From positions 768,001 through 832,000 of the forward strand of contig CAVSTP010000003.1 of the NCBI GenBank assembly GCA_963730935.1: a DNA stretch of 64,000 bases. The letters run 5' to 3'. Every line of letters starts with the position of its first letter. Position 1 is the first letter of the stretch. A program made the position numbers and the translations under genes. Under the pieces are notes generated by a model. That model did not search any database. It was not told the DNA's origin and worked only from the letters and a program-made list of their open reading frames with translations. Below, piece by piece: positions 55,054 to 63,804 of the stretch. The stretch comes from an uncultured Nitrospiraceae bacterium (GTDB lineage Bacteria; Nitrospirota; Nitrospiria; Nitrospirales; Nitrospiraceae).

Positions 55054-55503
55054 TTGGAGAAGGCGCTGACATTTCGACTGCCCGCCATGATGGATGGAGG
55101 TTTGAACTTCATTGATCCGGACGAATTCCTGGGACAATGGGTCGTCCTGAGCTTTGTACTGGCGCTTGGGGAATTCGATTCGGCGCTTTGGAATGAGCAG
55201 GGAAAGGAGATGGAGTCGCTCGGAGCGACGCTGCTTGTGGTTCCATGGGAAGCGAAGATGCTTCACGAAGGGCAGCTCAATCCACCTGACAAAGAACATT
55301 TCACGATTGTAGGAGATCCACTCAGGCGGTTGCAGCGTCTCTATGGTAATCCGACGCTGCTGTCATCCGGACGGGCACGTACATTTTTGGTCGATCCTGA
55401 CGGATGTCTTCGATTTCACGTCCTTCACAGCCTTAGCGAGAGAGGAATGGGCGTGGTCATGGAACTGCTTCAAACATACCAGACTGAAGAAATCCCGGCC
55501 TGA
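55054..55503 (+). CDS. Peroxiredoxin-fold protein lacking the peroxidatic Cys motif
   Basis: GQWVVLSF, IVGDP, RTFLVDPDG; no PxxxTxxC. Confidence 0.7.
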   Translation: MEKALTFRLPAMMDGGLNFIDPDEFLGQWVVLSFVLALGEFDSALWNEQGKEMESLGATLLVVPWEAKMLHEGQLNPPDKEHFTIVGDPLRRLQRLYGNPTLLSSGRARTFLVDPDGCLRFHVLHSLSERGMGVVMELLQTYQTEEIPA

Positions 55504-55655
55504 TCACGGAGCGATTATTCCATGAATATCTGATCGGAGTGCACGAGTGGGCCCCTTGTTTTCGGCGTGGTCCTGTTGATGATATCGATCGGGCGTGATT
55601 ATGGTTGAGCTGGACAGGGAAGGAGTAGGGGGTTGGCCACGAACGAGAGTGTTGG

Positions 55656-56720
55656 TCACGAAGGTTTGATTATCCTGTATCTCATCAACCGGTCACGTAC
55701 GATGTTTCGGCTGATGCCTAACAGACGGGAGGTTCGGACTTGATTGCCCTCGCAGTACTCATACGCGACACGAAGCACCGTCTCGTCGATCCGCTGATAA
55801 AGATTGGGCGTGTTGGCATTAAAAAGCGCTTCGAGAACGTCCTCTAAGGACTTCGTGGAGCCGGTCGACGGTGCTCTTTCGAGAAGCCGTTCGGACCGAG
55901 GAGTAGGAAGGCGGAGGTCTTCGAAGCGCACGCTCGTGCCGGCGCACACGAGAAGCGCATGATGGATTGAGTTTTCGAGTTCCCGAATGTTGCCGGGCCA
56001 TTGGTATGAAAGGAGTGCTTGGACAGTTTCGGGCGCCAGTTCAACGCTGGCATACCCGAGGCGGGCGCCGTACACCTTCAGAAAATGCTGAGCCAGCGGT
56101 AGGATATCGTCGGGGCGTTCGCGCAACGGGGGAAGGTGGATCGACGCCACGTTCAGCCGGTAATACAGATCTTCGCGAAAACGGCCCGCGGCGACGGCTT
56201 CATCCAGTTTGACGTTGGTCGCAGTGATCAGCCGCACATCGATGGCAATCGCTTGACGTGAGCCGACCCGCACCACTTCTCGTTCTTGAATCACACGGAG
56301 TAGTTTGGCCTGAAGGGGAGGCGGCAGGTCGCCGATTTCATCGAGAAATAGCGACCCTCCTTGCGCGGTTTCGAACCATCCGGCCTTGGCGGTGACAGCG
56401 CCGGTGAACGCGCCGCGCTCGTGACCGAAGAGTTCGCTCTCCATGAGTGACTCGCTGATCGCGGCACAATTGAATGCCACGAATGGACCGGATCGACGAT
56501 CACTCAGTTCATGGATCTGTCGCGCGATCAACTCCTTTCCGGTCCCGGTTTCTCCGATGATGAGGGCAGTGGCCTCGCTTGGTGCGATGCGCTGGACTCG
56601 CTCCAAAAGGGACTTCGATGCAGGATCCTCAAAGACGAGACAACTGGCACGGACGGATAGAGCCAGGGCGTGCGGATCGGCAGCTGTGACAATCTTGATT
56701 GGGTCTTGAGTGGGAGGCAT
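55656..56720 (-). CDS. Sigma-54 activator without a sensory domain (SfnR-like)
   Basis: N-terminal SVRASCLVFEDPAS...APSEATALIIGETGTGKE as in SfnR-type proteins; GAFTGA; HTH. Confidence 0.85.
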   Translation of the reverse strand: MPPTQDPIKIVTAADPHALALSVRASCLVFEDPASKSLLERVQRIAPSEATALIIGETGTGKELIARQIHELSDRRSGPFVAFNCAAISESLMESELFGHERGAFTGAVTAKAGWFETAQGGSLFLDEIGDLPPPLQAKLLRVIQEREVVRVGSRQAIAIDVRLITATNVKLDEAVAAGRFREDLYYRLNVASIHLPPLRERPDDILPLAQHFLKVYGARLGYASVELAPETVQALLSYQWPGNIRELENSIHHALLVCAGTSVRFEDLRLPTPRSERLLERAPSTGSTKSLEDVLEALFNANTPNLYQRIDETVLRVAYEYCEGNQVRTSRLLGISRNIVRDRLMRYRIIKPS

Positions 56721-56773
56721 TGTAATGGTGTGAAGATATTACGATGATATGAAGCGGGCCTGTGAGGCCACCG

Positions 56774-57544
56774 TTACTGCTGGGCTGTCCCCCATCGCTG
56801 GTGCATGAAGCGTTCGGTTGGGGCGAACAGTGATTTGTCGACTGCCAGGCCAATGAAAATGATGATGAGGATGACGCCGATGACTTGGTCCATGGCATGG
56901 AGTTCCCGACCATAGTGCAGGAGTTGGCCAAGGCCGAAGCCGCTCAAGATCGTCACGTAAATTTCTGCCGCCATAAGCGAACGCCAGGCGAATGCCCAGC
57001 CCTGTTTCATGCCACTGAGTAAAAAGGGAAGCGCCGCCGGAACGACGACGTGAGTCCAGGTATGCAGGCCGGTGGAACCCATGGTGCGGGCTGCGCGGCT
57101 GTAGATCGGCGGAATAGTCCGCACGCCATTATCCGTGGCGATGACCAAGGACCAGACCGTACCCATGACCACGACAAAGAGCATAGCGGCCTCAGTCTGC
57201 CCGAACCACAGCAGAGCCAACGGCACCCAACAGACACTTGGGAGTGTCTGGAGTCCTAAGGCGAGAATGCCAATTGTGTCATGGCACCATCTGAATGATG
57301 CGGTCAAGAACCCAAGTGGAAGTCCCACGAGAATACCCAATCCATAGCCGATGAGCAGCCGTCGTACCGTGACTACGGTGGCTTCCCACAGCGTGCCGTC
57401 CTGCGCGGCAGTTCGCAGGTACTCGAAAACGCTCGCAGGCGAAGGCAGCAACAGAGGCGACCAGATTTGGGCTTTAACGACCAAATGCCACGCCACCACG
57501 AGACCCACGAAGAATAACGACGCAGCCAACCATCGTGTGATCAA
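56774..57544 (-). CDS. ssuC: Sulfonate/nitrate-type ABC permease
   Basis: LLPSP, QTLPSVCWVP, AARTMG, AWRSLMAAE. Confidence 0.8.
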   Translation of the reverse strand: MITRWLAASLFFVGLVVAWHLVVKAQIWSPLLLPSPASVFEYLRTAAQDGTLWEATVVTVRRLLIGYGLGILVGLPLGFLTASFRWCHDTIGILALGLQTLPSVCWVPLALLWFGQTEAAMLFVVVMGTVWSLVIATDNGVRTIPPIYSRAARTMGSTGLHTWTHVVVPAALPFLLSGMKQGWAFAWRSLMAAEIYVTILSGFGLGQLLHYGRELHAMDQVIGVILIIIFIGLAVDKSLFAPTERFMHQRWGTAQQ

Positions 57545-58347
57545 CCAGCCACCTCCGGCTGAACGTACCCTTTCAAGACACGCGTGATCTCCGTGGCGTA
57601 ACGGGCAAGATCCACACTGTTGATGTCACGCGGCCGGGGGAGCGGGATGCTGAATTCTTCGCGGATACGCCCGGGGTGGGGTGAAAAAAGAATGACGCGA
57701 TCTCCCAAACAGACGGCTTCGCGCACGTTGTGGGTGACGAACACGATGGTTTTCCGATGTTGGCTCCAGATCCGTTGGATGTCGCCGTAGAGTTGCTCAC
57801 GTGTCAATGCGTCCAAGGCCCCGAACGGTTCGTCCATCAACAGCACGCTCGGATTGGGCGCCAGAGCCCGCGCAAGCGCGACGCGTTGTTTCATTCCTCC
57901 CGACAGCTCATGGACATTCGAGTGCATGAACCGCTTGAGTCCCACGAGTTCGAGAAAATACTCCGCTTTTTCCCGGCGTTCAGGGGCGCTCAGACCATTG
58001 CTGAGTTTCAGGCCGAAGAGCACATTCCCGAGAACCGTGAGCCACGGAAACAGTGCCGACTCCTGAAACATCATCAGCCGGTGGGGACCGGGTTCATTGA
58101 CAGGCTTGCCGTCGGCCTGGACGATGCCACGATCAGCATGGTCAAGCCCGGCAATGATGTTCAGTAACGTGGATTTGCCGCAGCCGCTCGGCCCGACCAA
58201 GCAGACGAACTCTCCCTCTGCAATGCGGAGGGTCACATCATCGAGGGCGTGCACGTGCAACGAGCTCGTTTGGAACCATTTCGAAACATGTTCAAGGACC
58301 AGCTTGGCGGCCAGCGATGGTGCTGGCGGGTGCTCAGTCGTCAACAT
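57541..58347 (-). CDS. ssuB: Sulfonate/nitrate-type ABC ATPase
   Basis: GPSGCGKST, LFPWLTV, LSGGMKQR, MDEPFGALD. Confidence 0.82.
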   Translation of the reverse strand: MLTTEHPPAPSLAAKLVLEHVSKWFQTSSLHVHALDDVTLRIAEGEFVCLVGPSGCGKSTLLNIIAGLDHADRGIVQADGKPVNEPGPHRLMMFQESALFPWLTVLGNVLFGLKLSNGLSAPERREKAEYFLELVGLKRFMHSNVHELSGGMKQRVALARALAPNPSVLLMDEPFGALDALTREQLYGDIQRIWSQHRKTIVFVTHNVREAVCLGDRVILFSPHPGRIREEFSIPLPRPRDINSVDLARYATEITRVLKGYVQPEVAG

Positions 58348-58348
58348 G

Positions 58349-59317
58349 TCAGTTGAGCCTTTCGATCAGGCGGGAGAGGTCGGGAGCCGACCGGATGAAA
58401 CCGGCTCGTTGCGCATCCGCGACGAAATGCCGGTACTCCTCTATGGAGGGATCATTGGTCAGCACGATCCGCTTCCATGCTTGAGCAATCAGATCGGGCG
58501 ACACGTCGGCTTTCGTTTCAGCGGCCAGTTCCTGCCTGACCATTTGTTTGGCCTCGTCCGGATGCGAAAGGATCCATTCCGTCAATTCACGATGGGCACG
58601 GACGAACTTCGCCGCGAGGTCTCGCTTTTTCTTGAGAAACTTGACGCCCGAGACCAATACCGTGATGCTGTCCTTGGACTGCTCGACGAGGACTTTTCCA
58701 CCAGCATCACGCTCTAAACGCGACACCCAGGGTTCGACTGTCCACACGGCATCAAGCTTCTTGTTTTTGAACAAGGCAAGCTGATCCGGGTTCGGTGTTG
58801 GAATGATGAAGGCATCGCCTCCAGTCTGCGTAATCTTCAGTCCACCGTTGCTGAGCCAAGCCCGGCAGGCAATGTCCTGCGTGTTGCCCAGTTGGGGAGT
58901 CGCAATCGTCTTTCCCCTAAAGTGAGCGGGCTCCTTCAGCCCTGACTCGGGCTGTACGACCAGCGCTGCCCCTCCCGCGGCGGCGGCGGCGACTATTCTA
59001 ATCTCTTCACCATTGGATTTTGTATAGGCATTCAAGGCGGGGCTCGGCCCCACATAGGTCAGGTCGATGGAATCCGCGAGAATGGCTTCCATGGCGCTCG
59101 GACCGGCGTTATAGATGTACCACTCGATTTTCACATCCGGGCCCAACCGGTGCTCGAACCAGCCGCGCCCCGTACGGGACAAATGGTGCGCGACCAGACC
59201 TTGGACATGCGTGACATTGGGAAAATGGCCCACTCGGATCGTGTCCCCTGCTGCAGCGAGAGACGGAGCAGTGGCCATGAAATACGCGAACAAGAGGCTC
59301 CACATTATGATGTGCAT
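58349..59317 (-). CDS. ssuA: Aliphatic-sulfonate-type ABC substrate-binding protein
   Basis: VGHFPNVTH, YVGPSPA, TPQLGNTQD, EPW. Confidence 0.78.
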   Translation of the reverse strand: MHIIMWSLLFAYFMATAPSLAAAGDTIRVGHFPNVTHVQGLVAHHLSRTGRGWFEHRLGPDVKIEWYIYNAGPSAMEAILADSIDLTYVGPSPALNAYTKSNGEEIRIVAAAAAGGAALVVQPESGLKEPAHFRGKTIATPQLGNTQDIACRAWLSNGGLKITQTGGDAFIIPTPNPDQLALFKNKKLDAVWTVEPWVSRLERDAGGKVLVEQSKDSITVLVSGVKFLKKKRDLAAKFVRAHRELTEWILSHPDEAKQMVRQELAAETKADVSPDLIAQAWKRIVLTNDPSIEEYRHFVADAQRAGFIRSAPDLSRLIERLN

Positions 59318-59337
59318 GCGTTCACCTTGATTATGAA

Positions 59338-60063
59338 TTATGGGATTGAGACCAGAAGGGAAGTGGTCAATGCCGCGGTCGCCAAAAGCCGAGTAGAATC
59401 CAACAGCGGAAGACTCGATGGCCGCTCCTCTGACAGCAGTAATGGCAGCTCAGTGCAGCCCAGAATGACGGCCTCCGCGCCGCTCGCCGCCATCGTCGAG
59501 ATGATGTCCTGCACATGCGCCCGAGCTTGAGGCAAATAACGTCCTCGAATGAGTTCGGTTCGGATGATTCTGTCCAGTTCAATGCGCTTAGGAACCGGCG
59601 GCAGCACGATTTCGATTCCATGATGTTCAAAGATCGGCTGGTAGATAGTTCCCTGCATGGCCACCTGAGTGCCAAGCAATCCCACTCGCCGGTAATTCCG
59701 GCGGGTCGTTTCGGCCACAACCGCGGCGGCGATGTGCACCCATGGCACAGGGGACACGACGAGATCGAACGCTCGATGCAACGTATTGTTCGGGCAGATG
59801 ATCAGCTCCGCTCCGGCCTGTGCCAGGAGCGAAGCCGATCGGGACATCAGCGCGGCCACGCCGGGCCAATCACCAGCGTCGATGGAGGCCAGGTAGGCCT
59901 CGAGCGGCAGTGCGTGCATCGTGATTTCAGGATAGGCATGTCCGCCTGTAAGCCGTTCGGCTTCATGGCACAGGGTTCGATAGCAGAGCGCCGCGCCGTC
60001 TGCAGTTCCCCCGACGATGCCGATATGGGGCATGTGGTTCAACCGTCCTTCCGTCATGAACAT
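59338..60063 (-). CDS. Asp/Glu racemase-family protein
   Basis: IGIVGG, ICPNNTLH, VGLLGT, ILGCTELP. Confidence 0.88.
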   Translation of the reverse strand: MFMTEGRLNHMPHIGIVGGTADGAALCYRTLCHEAERLTGGHAYPEITMHALPLEAYLASIDAGDWPGVAALMSRSASLLAQAGAELIICPNNTLHRAFDLVVSPVPWVHIAAAVVAETTRRNYRRVGLLGTQVAMQGTIYQPIFEHHGIEIVLPPVPKRIELDRIIRTELIRGRYLPQARAHVQDIISTMAASGAEAVILGCTELPLLLSEERPSSLPLLDSTRLLATAALTTSLLVSIP

Positions 60064-60076
60064 TTCCTCATCTCAA

Positions 60077-60802
60077 TCACGGTTTGTTTGTGAGACGGGG
60101 CTCGAGCCCCGGAAATCCTGGAAGCGCGGACAGCGCCTCGCGATACTTGATATAGAGTTCTTCCCGCTGGTCCGGAGCGAACAACTTTCCTCCGGACTTG
60201 ACCTTGATCAGGTATTCCTCCGGCTCAAAGGTGACATCAAACGCCGACGACCGTTCCGGTACGTTCGGCATCTGTCGGTCATATTTGCTGATATCCGGTT
60301 CGGGCCCATGACGGTCATGGACCTCGCTGAGGGCGAGCACCAACGTCTCCTGCCGGATCGAGAGCCATCCAGACGTGCTCTCCTCATCGCCCTGCTCGGT
60401 CGCATGACTGAGATGAAAATAGACACGTTCGTCCGGCGAGGCCTGCGCCAGTGCCTTCGAGAGCGCAGGCGCCAGGAATGTAATTTCTTCATTACGAAAC
60501 GCTCGAGTCTTTTCGGCCTCTCCCGAAAGCAATCGATGGATGAAGTTGCGGCTTTCCCAACTACGAACACCTCGCAGTAAGGTGCCAATTTCTTCGGGCG
60601 AGAGATTCGCCGGGTGGCCGTTGGTCGTGACCTCGGGGTCTTTCTCGAGCCAAATCTGGTTTCTCCCCGATTCGTAAATGATCTTTGTCGGTGGGTGAGG
60701 AGCGCCCGCGCAACCAGCACCGCCCATCAATCCCATCATGACGAACAGCGGCCAGATGAACCAGCCGACACGTTCATTGTGCGATATTGTCCAGCCCTTC
60801 AT
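60077..60802 (-). CDS. Hypothetical lipoprotein (paralog of 34418-35167)
   Basis: Lipobox GAGC; shared family motifs. Confidence 0.7.
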   Translation of the reverse strand: MKGWTISHNERVGWFIWPLFVMMGLMGGAGCAGAPHPPTKIIYESGRNQIWLEKDPEVTTNGHPANLSPEEIGTLLRGVRSWESRNFIHRLLSGEAEKTRAFRNEEITFLAPALSKALAQASPDERVYFHLSHATEQGDEESTSGWLSIRQETLVLALSEVHDRHGPEPDISKYDRQMPNVPERSSAFDVTFEPEEYLIKVKSGGKLFAPDQREELYIKYREALSALPGFPGLEPRLTNKP

Positions 60803-61623
60803 GGTCTGACCTCCTGCCGCAATACCAACCCGGTTTTGTCTAACGCCTGATCGAACCCATACTTTTTCAATTCATCCTGAGTGCGTGAAGAAAGAAGGAA
60901 TTCGATAAAATCTCCGGACCCCGAAATGTTCCTCGCCGTCCAAACAATGGCAACCCCGTACTGAATCGGCGAATGGGATTCGGCTGGCGCCGTATCCAGA
61001 ATGCGCACGTGGCTGTCCGTGATGGCGTCCGTCCGGTAGACGACGCCGATTTCGGCCTCGCCTTTCGCGACAAGATCCAGCACAGCACGAGAATGTTCAC
61101 CGTAGACGTATTGGGACTTAAGTGCAGGATCGAGCTTGCTGAATTTGAGAAACTGCGACGCGACTTTCCCCACCGATGAAGTCTTCGGATCGCCGACAGC
61201 AATACGCCGGACGGGAATCGTGCGCAAATCTTCGATGGAACGGATCGGAGCGGGGAGCACGGGACCTGTGATCAAGACCAGCGAAGTGCCGGCATAGATG
61301 CGTTTGGTGCCTTGAATGATCAACCCTTTCTTGTCGAGTTGATCAATCTCCTCGGACAGTGAGGGCAGAAACACATCTACCGGCGCCCCTTCCTCGATTT
61401 GTTTGCGGAGAGACTGTGAGGGACCGTAGATGACACGCACCGTCACTGCCGGGTGCTGCGATTCGAACGCAGGAAGCAGCGTGCGGAGGGCATCTTTGAG
61501 GCTATTCGCCGCCGCAATGGTCAGAGTTTCTGGCTGTGCAAAGGCACGATCGGGAATCCATGCCAGCACGGCAAGCAGACTCAGCACGATGATAGACAAG
61601 TGAAACACGCGATGCTTTTTCAT
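60799..61623 (-). CDS. modA: Molybdate ABC substrate-binding protein
   Basis: AAANSL, QIEEGAPVDVF, IAVGDP, GVVYRTDA, PIQY, KYGF. Confidence 0.85.
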   Translation of the reverse strand: MKKHRVFHLSIIVLSLLAVLAWIPDRAFAQPETLTIAAANSLKDALRTLLPAFESQHPAVTVRVIYGPSQSLRKQIEEGAPVDVFLPSLSEEIDQLDKKGLIIQGTKRIYAGTSLVLITGPVLPAPIRSIEDLRTIPVRRIAVGDPKTSSVGKVASQFLKFSKLDPALKSQYVYGEHSRAVLDLVAKGEAEIGVVYRTDAITDSHVRILDTAPAESHSPIQYGVAIVWTARNISGSGDFIEFLLSSRTQDELKKYGFDQALDKTGLVLRQEVRP

Positions 61624-61636
61624 GGTGTCCTCGCTG

Positions 61637-63271
61637 CTAGAAATAGAACTGGTATTGGACGTTGATGCGGTTTTCGACCAGCTTCTGGCCGAATCCCGGT
61701 TGCGATTCAAATGGAAAGCGATCAGGGGCTCGCCCGCCGCTTCCCATGGTGATGTTGGAGTAGTCGATCACCAGTCGGTTGTTGTACGTGCCGTCGAAGC
61801 TGTAATTGAGAGCGGCACCGAATTCATAGGTGAGGTCATGTGTTTGCTTCGTTGAGGGATCGAGCACCCCATAACGGAGAGCGAGTTCGATTTTGCGGGG
61901 GATGATGTATTTCCCACCTTGGACATACCAGCCCCATGCCTGACCCAAATCTACCGGAGGGCCCTGGATTGCAGTTGACGGGATCGTTGTCAGATCGAAG
62001 GGTTGAGTCCCGCTGTCTTTGTTCCGGACTCGTTGATGCCGGTAATAGACTTCGCTATGTAAAGACCATCCCTGATATTTGGCGACGAAATCCACTTCGT
62101 AGGTCTGAAAATCGTAAATGCCTCCGCCGAGGAGTCGGCCATTCATAGCCTTCGTGACGGCTTGACGGTAGGCACGGTCGACGATGTCAGAACGTGTCGA
62201 GCTCAGATAATTCTGTGCGGGATCATAGGCATAGCCGAAGCCAATGGCGGACTGAGGAGTGCGGGAGTTTACAATGTCTCCCCAACCGTAACCCGGGTTG
62301 CCGGCGATCTTGTACAGCAGACGAGCGGTGTACATGAGTTCCCCGCTCATGAAGCGAGTGTCATAGTTATACGTACGCGTCACTCCAGAATTGACTCCAC
62401 CGCCTCCCGTTGGCGGCAACACATTTTGGCTCACGGATGTTCCGTCCCGTGCCAGGTTTGGCCCGACGCCGCCCCACACGCCGAACGCGTAATTGAACTT
62501 GTATTGCTCCTCGTCGCTCAAAATGCTAATGCCGATGTCGCGCGTGTTTTGAAGGTTGGCTGCAAACATATTCTGGACGATCATGTTGTCCGAAAAACTT
62601 GACGTGGCGACTGGGCTGATGAGCGCGCGATTGAACCACACCTTTTGTTGCCCGATTTGGATGTTGGCCCAGGGGATGTGCCAGGACGACACATAGGCGT
62701 CCAGGAGTCCGGCTTTGCCGTTGCTTCCTTCTTGATTCGATGGCGTCGAATCCATCTGCAGGGAGACGTTGTAGCGAAAATTGGGGTCAAAGGCATAACC
62801 CATGAATTGAAGACGGGCGCGAGGAATCAAGAATTGGCTAGAATCGGATTCCCGCCTGAAGGCCCGAAATTCGACCTGACCTCCCAGGATTTCTTCATTC
62901 CGTGAGTCACCGATGGATCCCCACGCCTTATTATAGGTGCTGTAGGTGTAGCGAGTCTGCACCAGCAGCCGCATTTTCAAAAAGAATCTGTCACCGACAC
63001 GGATGTTCAACCCATTGTTGACATCAATATTGAAATTCGGTTTTGCGAGACGCTCCTTCGTTTCCAATGTGCGAAGGCCTTTGTTGTACTCTTCCTGTGA
63101 GATGATGCCTTTGAGATAAAGGTATTTCAGTCCTGGATCCTCGCTCGAAGAGTATTCCCATTTCCCTTCTTTTTTGACGAACTGGCCCTCTTCAACTGCC
63201 CAGGCAGCGCCGAGGTGAGCGAACAGGATCGTTCCTGTCACGATAAACATAAACCATCCGGAAATTCTCAT
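61637..63271 (-). CDS. Anion-selective porin (OprO/OprP-like)
   Basis: Signal peptide; LYLKGIISQEEY; RARL, LLDAYV, IQIGQQK, RDIG; C-terminal YQFYF. Confidence 0.8.
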   Translation of the reverse strand: MRISGWFMFIVTGTILFAHLGAAWAVEEGQFVKKEGKWEYSSSEDPGLKYLYLKGIISQEEYNKGLRTLETKERLAKPNFNIDVNNGLNIRVGDRFFLKMRLLVQTRYTYSTYNKAWGSIGDSRNEEILGGQVEFRAFRRESDSSQFLIPRARLQFMGYAFDPNFRYNVSLQMDSTPSNQEGSNGKAGLLDAYVSSWHIPWANIQIGQQKVWFNRALISPVATSSFSDNMIVQNMFAANLQNTRDIGISILSDEEQYKFNYAFGVWGGVGPNLARDGTSVSQNVLPPTGGGGVNSGVTRTYNYDTRFMSGELMYTARLLYKIAGNPGYGWGDIVNSRTPQSAIGFGYAYDPAQNYLSSTRSDIVDRAYRQAVTKAMNGRLLGGGIYDFQTYEVDFVAKYQGWSLHSEVYYRHQRVRNKDSGTQPFDLTTIPSTAIQGPPVDLGQAWGWYVQGGKYIIPRKIELALRYGVLDPSTKQTHDLTYEFGAALNYSFDGTYNNRLVIDYSNITMGSGGRAPDRFPFESQPGFGQKLVENRINVQYQFYF

Positions 63272-63411
63272 GTCGGGACTCCTTCATGACATGGGAACTT
63301 CCGGTGGTCCGGTCAGTCCGTAACGTAAATTGTAGGTCCATCTCGATCACCACCTTTAGTTGTCTGGCAGGCGGTGAGTTCCTTCCCTAAACGAACAGGT
63401 CAATGCGACGC

Positions 63412-63585
63412 TCATCCAACAAGTGATGCGCGGCGCGACGGCTCCAGCTCCACGCGCACCTTTTCTCTGCGCTCGATCTGGACGACCTTCGAATCGTGGA
63501 CGATGATTTCCACCGATCCGAAACGCAGGTCTTTCAACGCTTGCAAGATGGTTTGTTCGATTCTGTAACCGTCGTCAGATCGCAT
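63412..63585 (-). CDS. YezD/DUF2292 small protein (sulfur-operon associated)
   Basis: LRFGSVEIIVHDSKVVQIERREKVR; RBS GAGG. Confidence 0.88.
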   Translation of the reverse strand: MRSDDGYRIEQTILQALKDLRFGSVEIIVHDSKVVQIERREKVRVELEPSRRASLVG

Positions 63586-63759
63586 AAAGAACCTCAACTC
63601 AAATGGCGTGAAAAGCGGTTAATCTACAGTATTCCGCTAGATTTTATGTGCTATATATAAATTAACATTATCTACATTGTCAACAATTATTTTACGACCC
63701 TTGTTGCTGATCTAATCAAGAACCCATGTCAGATAGGACCTACCGGGATGAGAGGACAG

Positions 63760-63783
63760 TATACTTGACTAAAAGCAAGTATA
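63760..63783. promoter_or_regulatory. Palindromic operator overlapping a sigma-70 -35 box
   Basis: TATACTTG-N8-CAAGTATA containing TTGACT, about 20 nt upstream of the XRE gene. Confidence 0.6.
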
Positions 63784-63804
63784 AATGGTATCTGGTCTGC
63801 CAAC

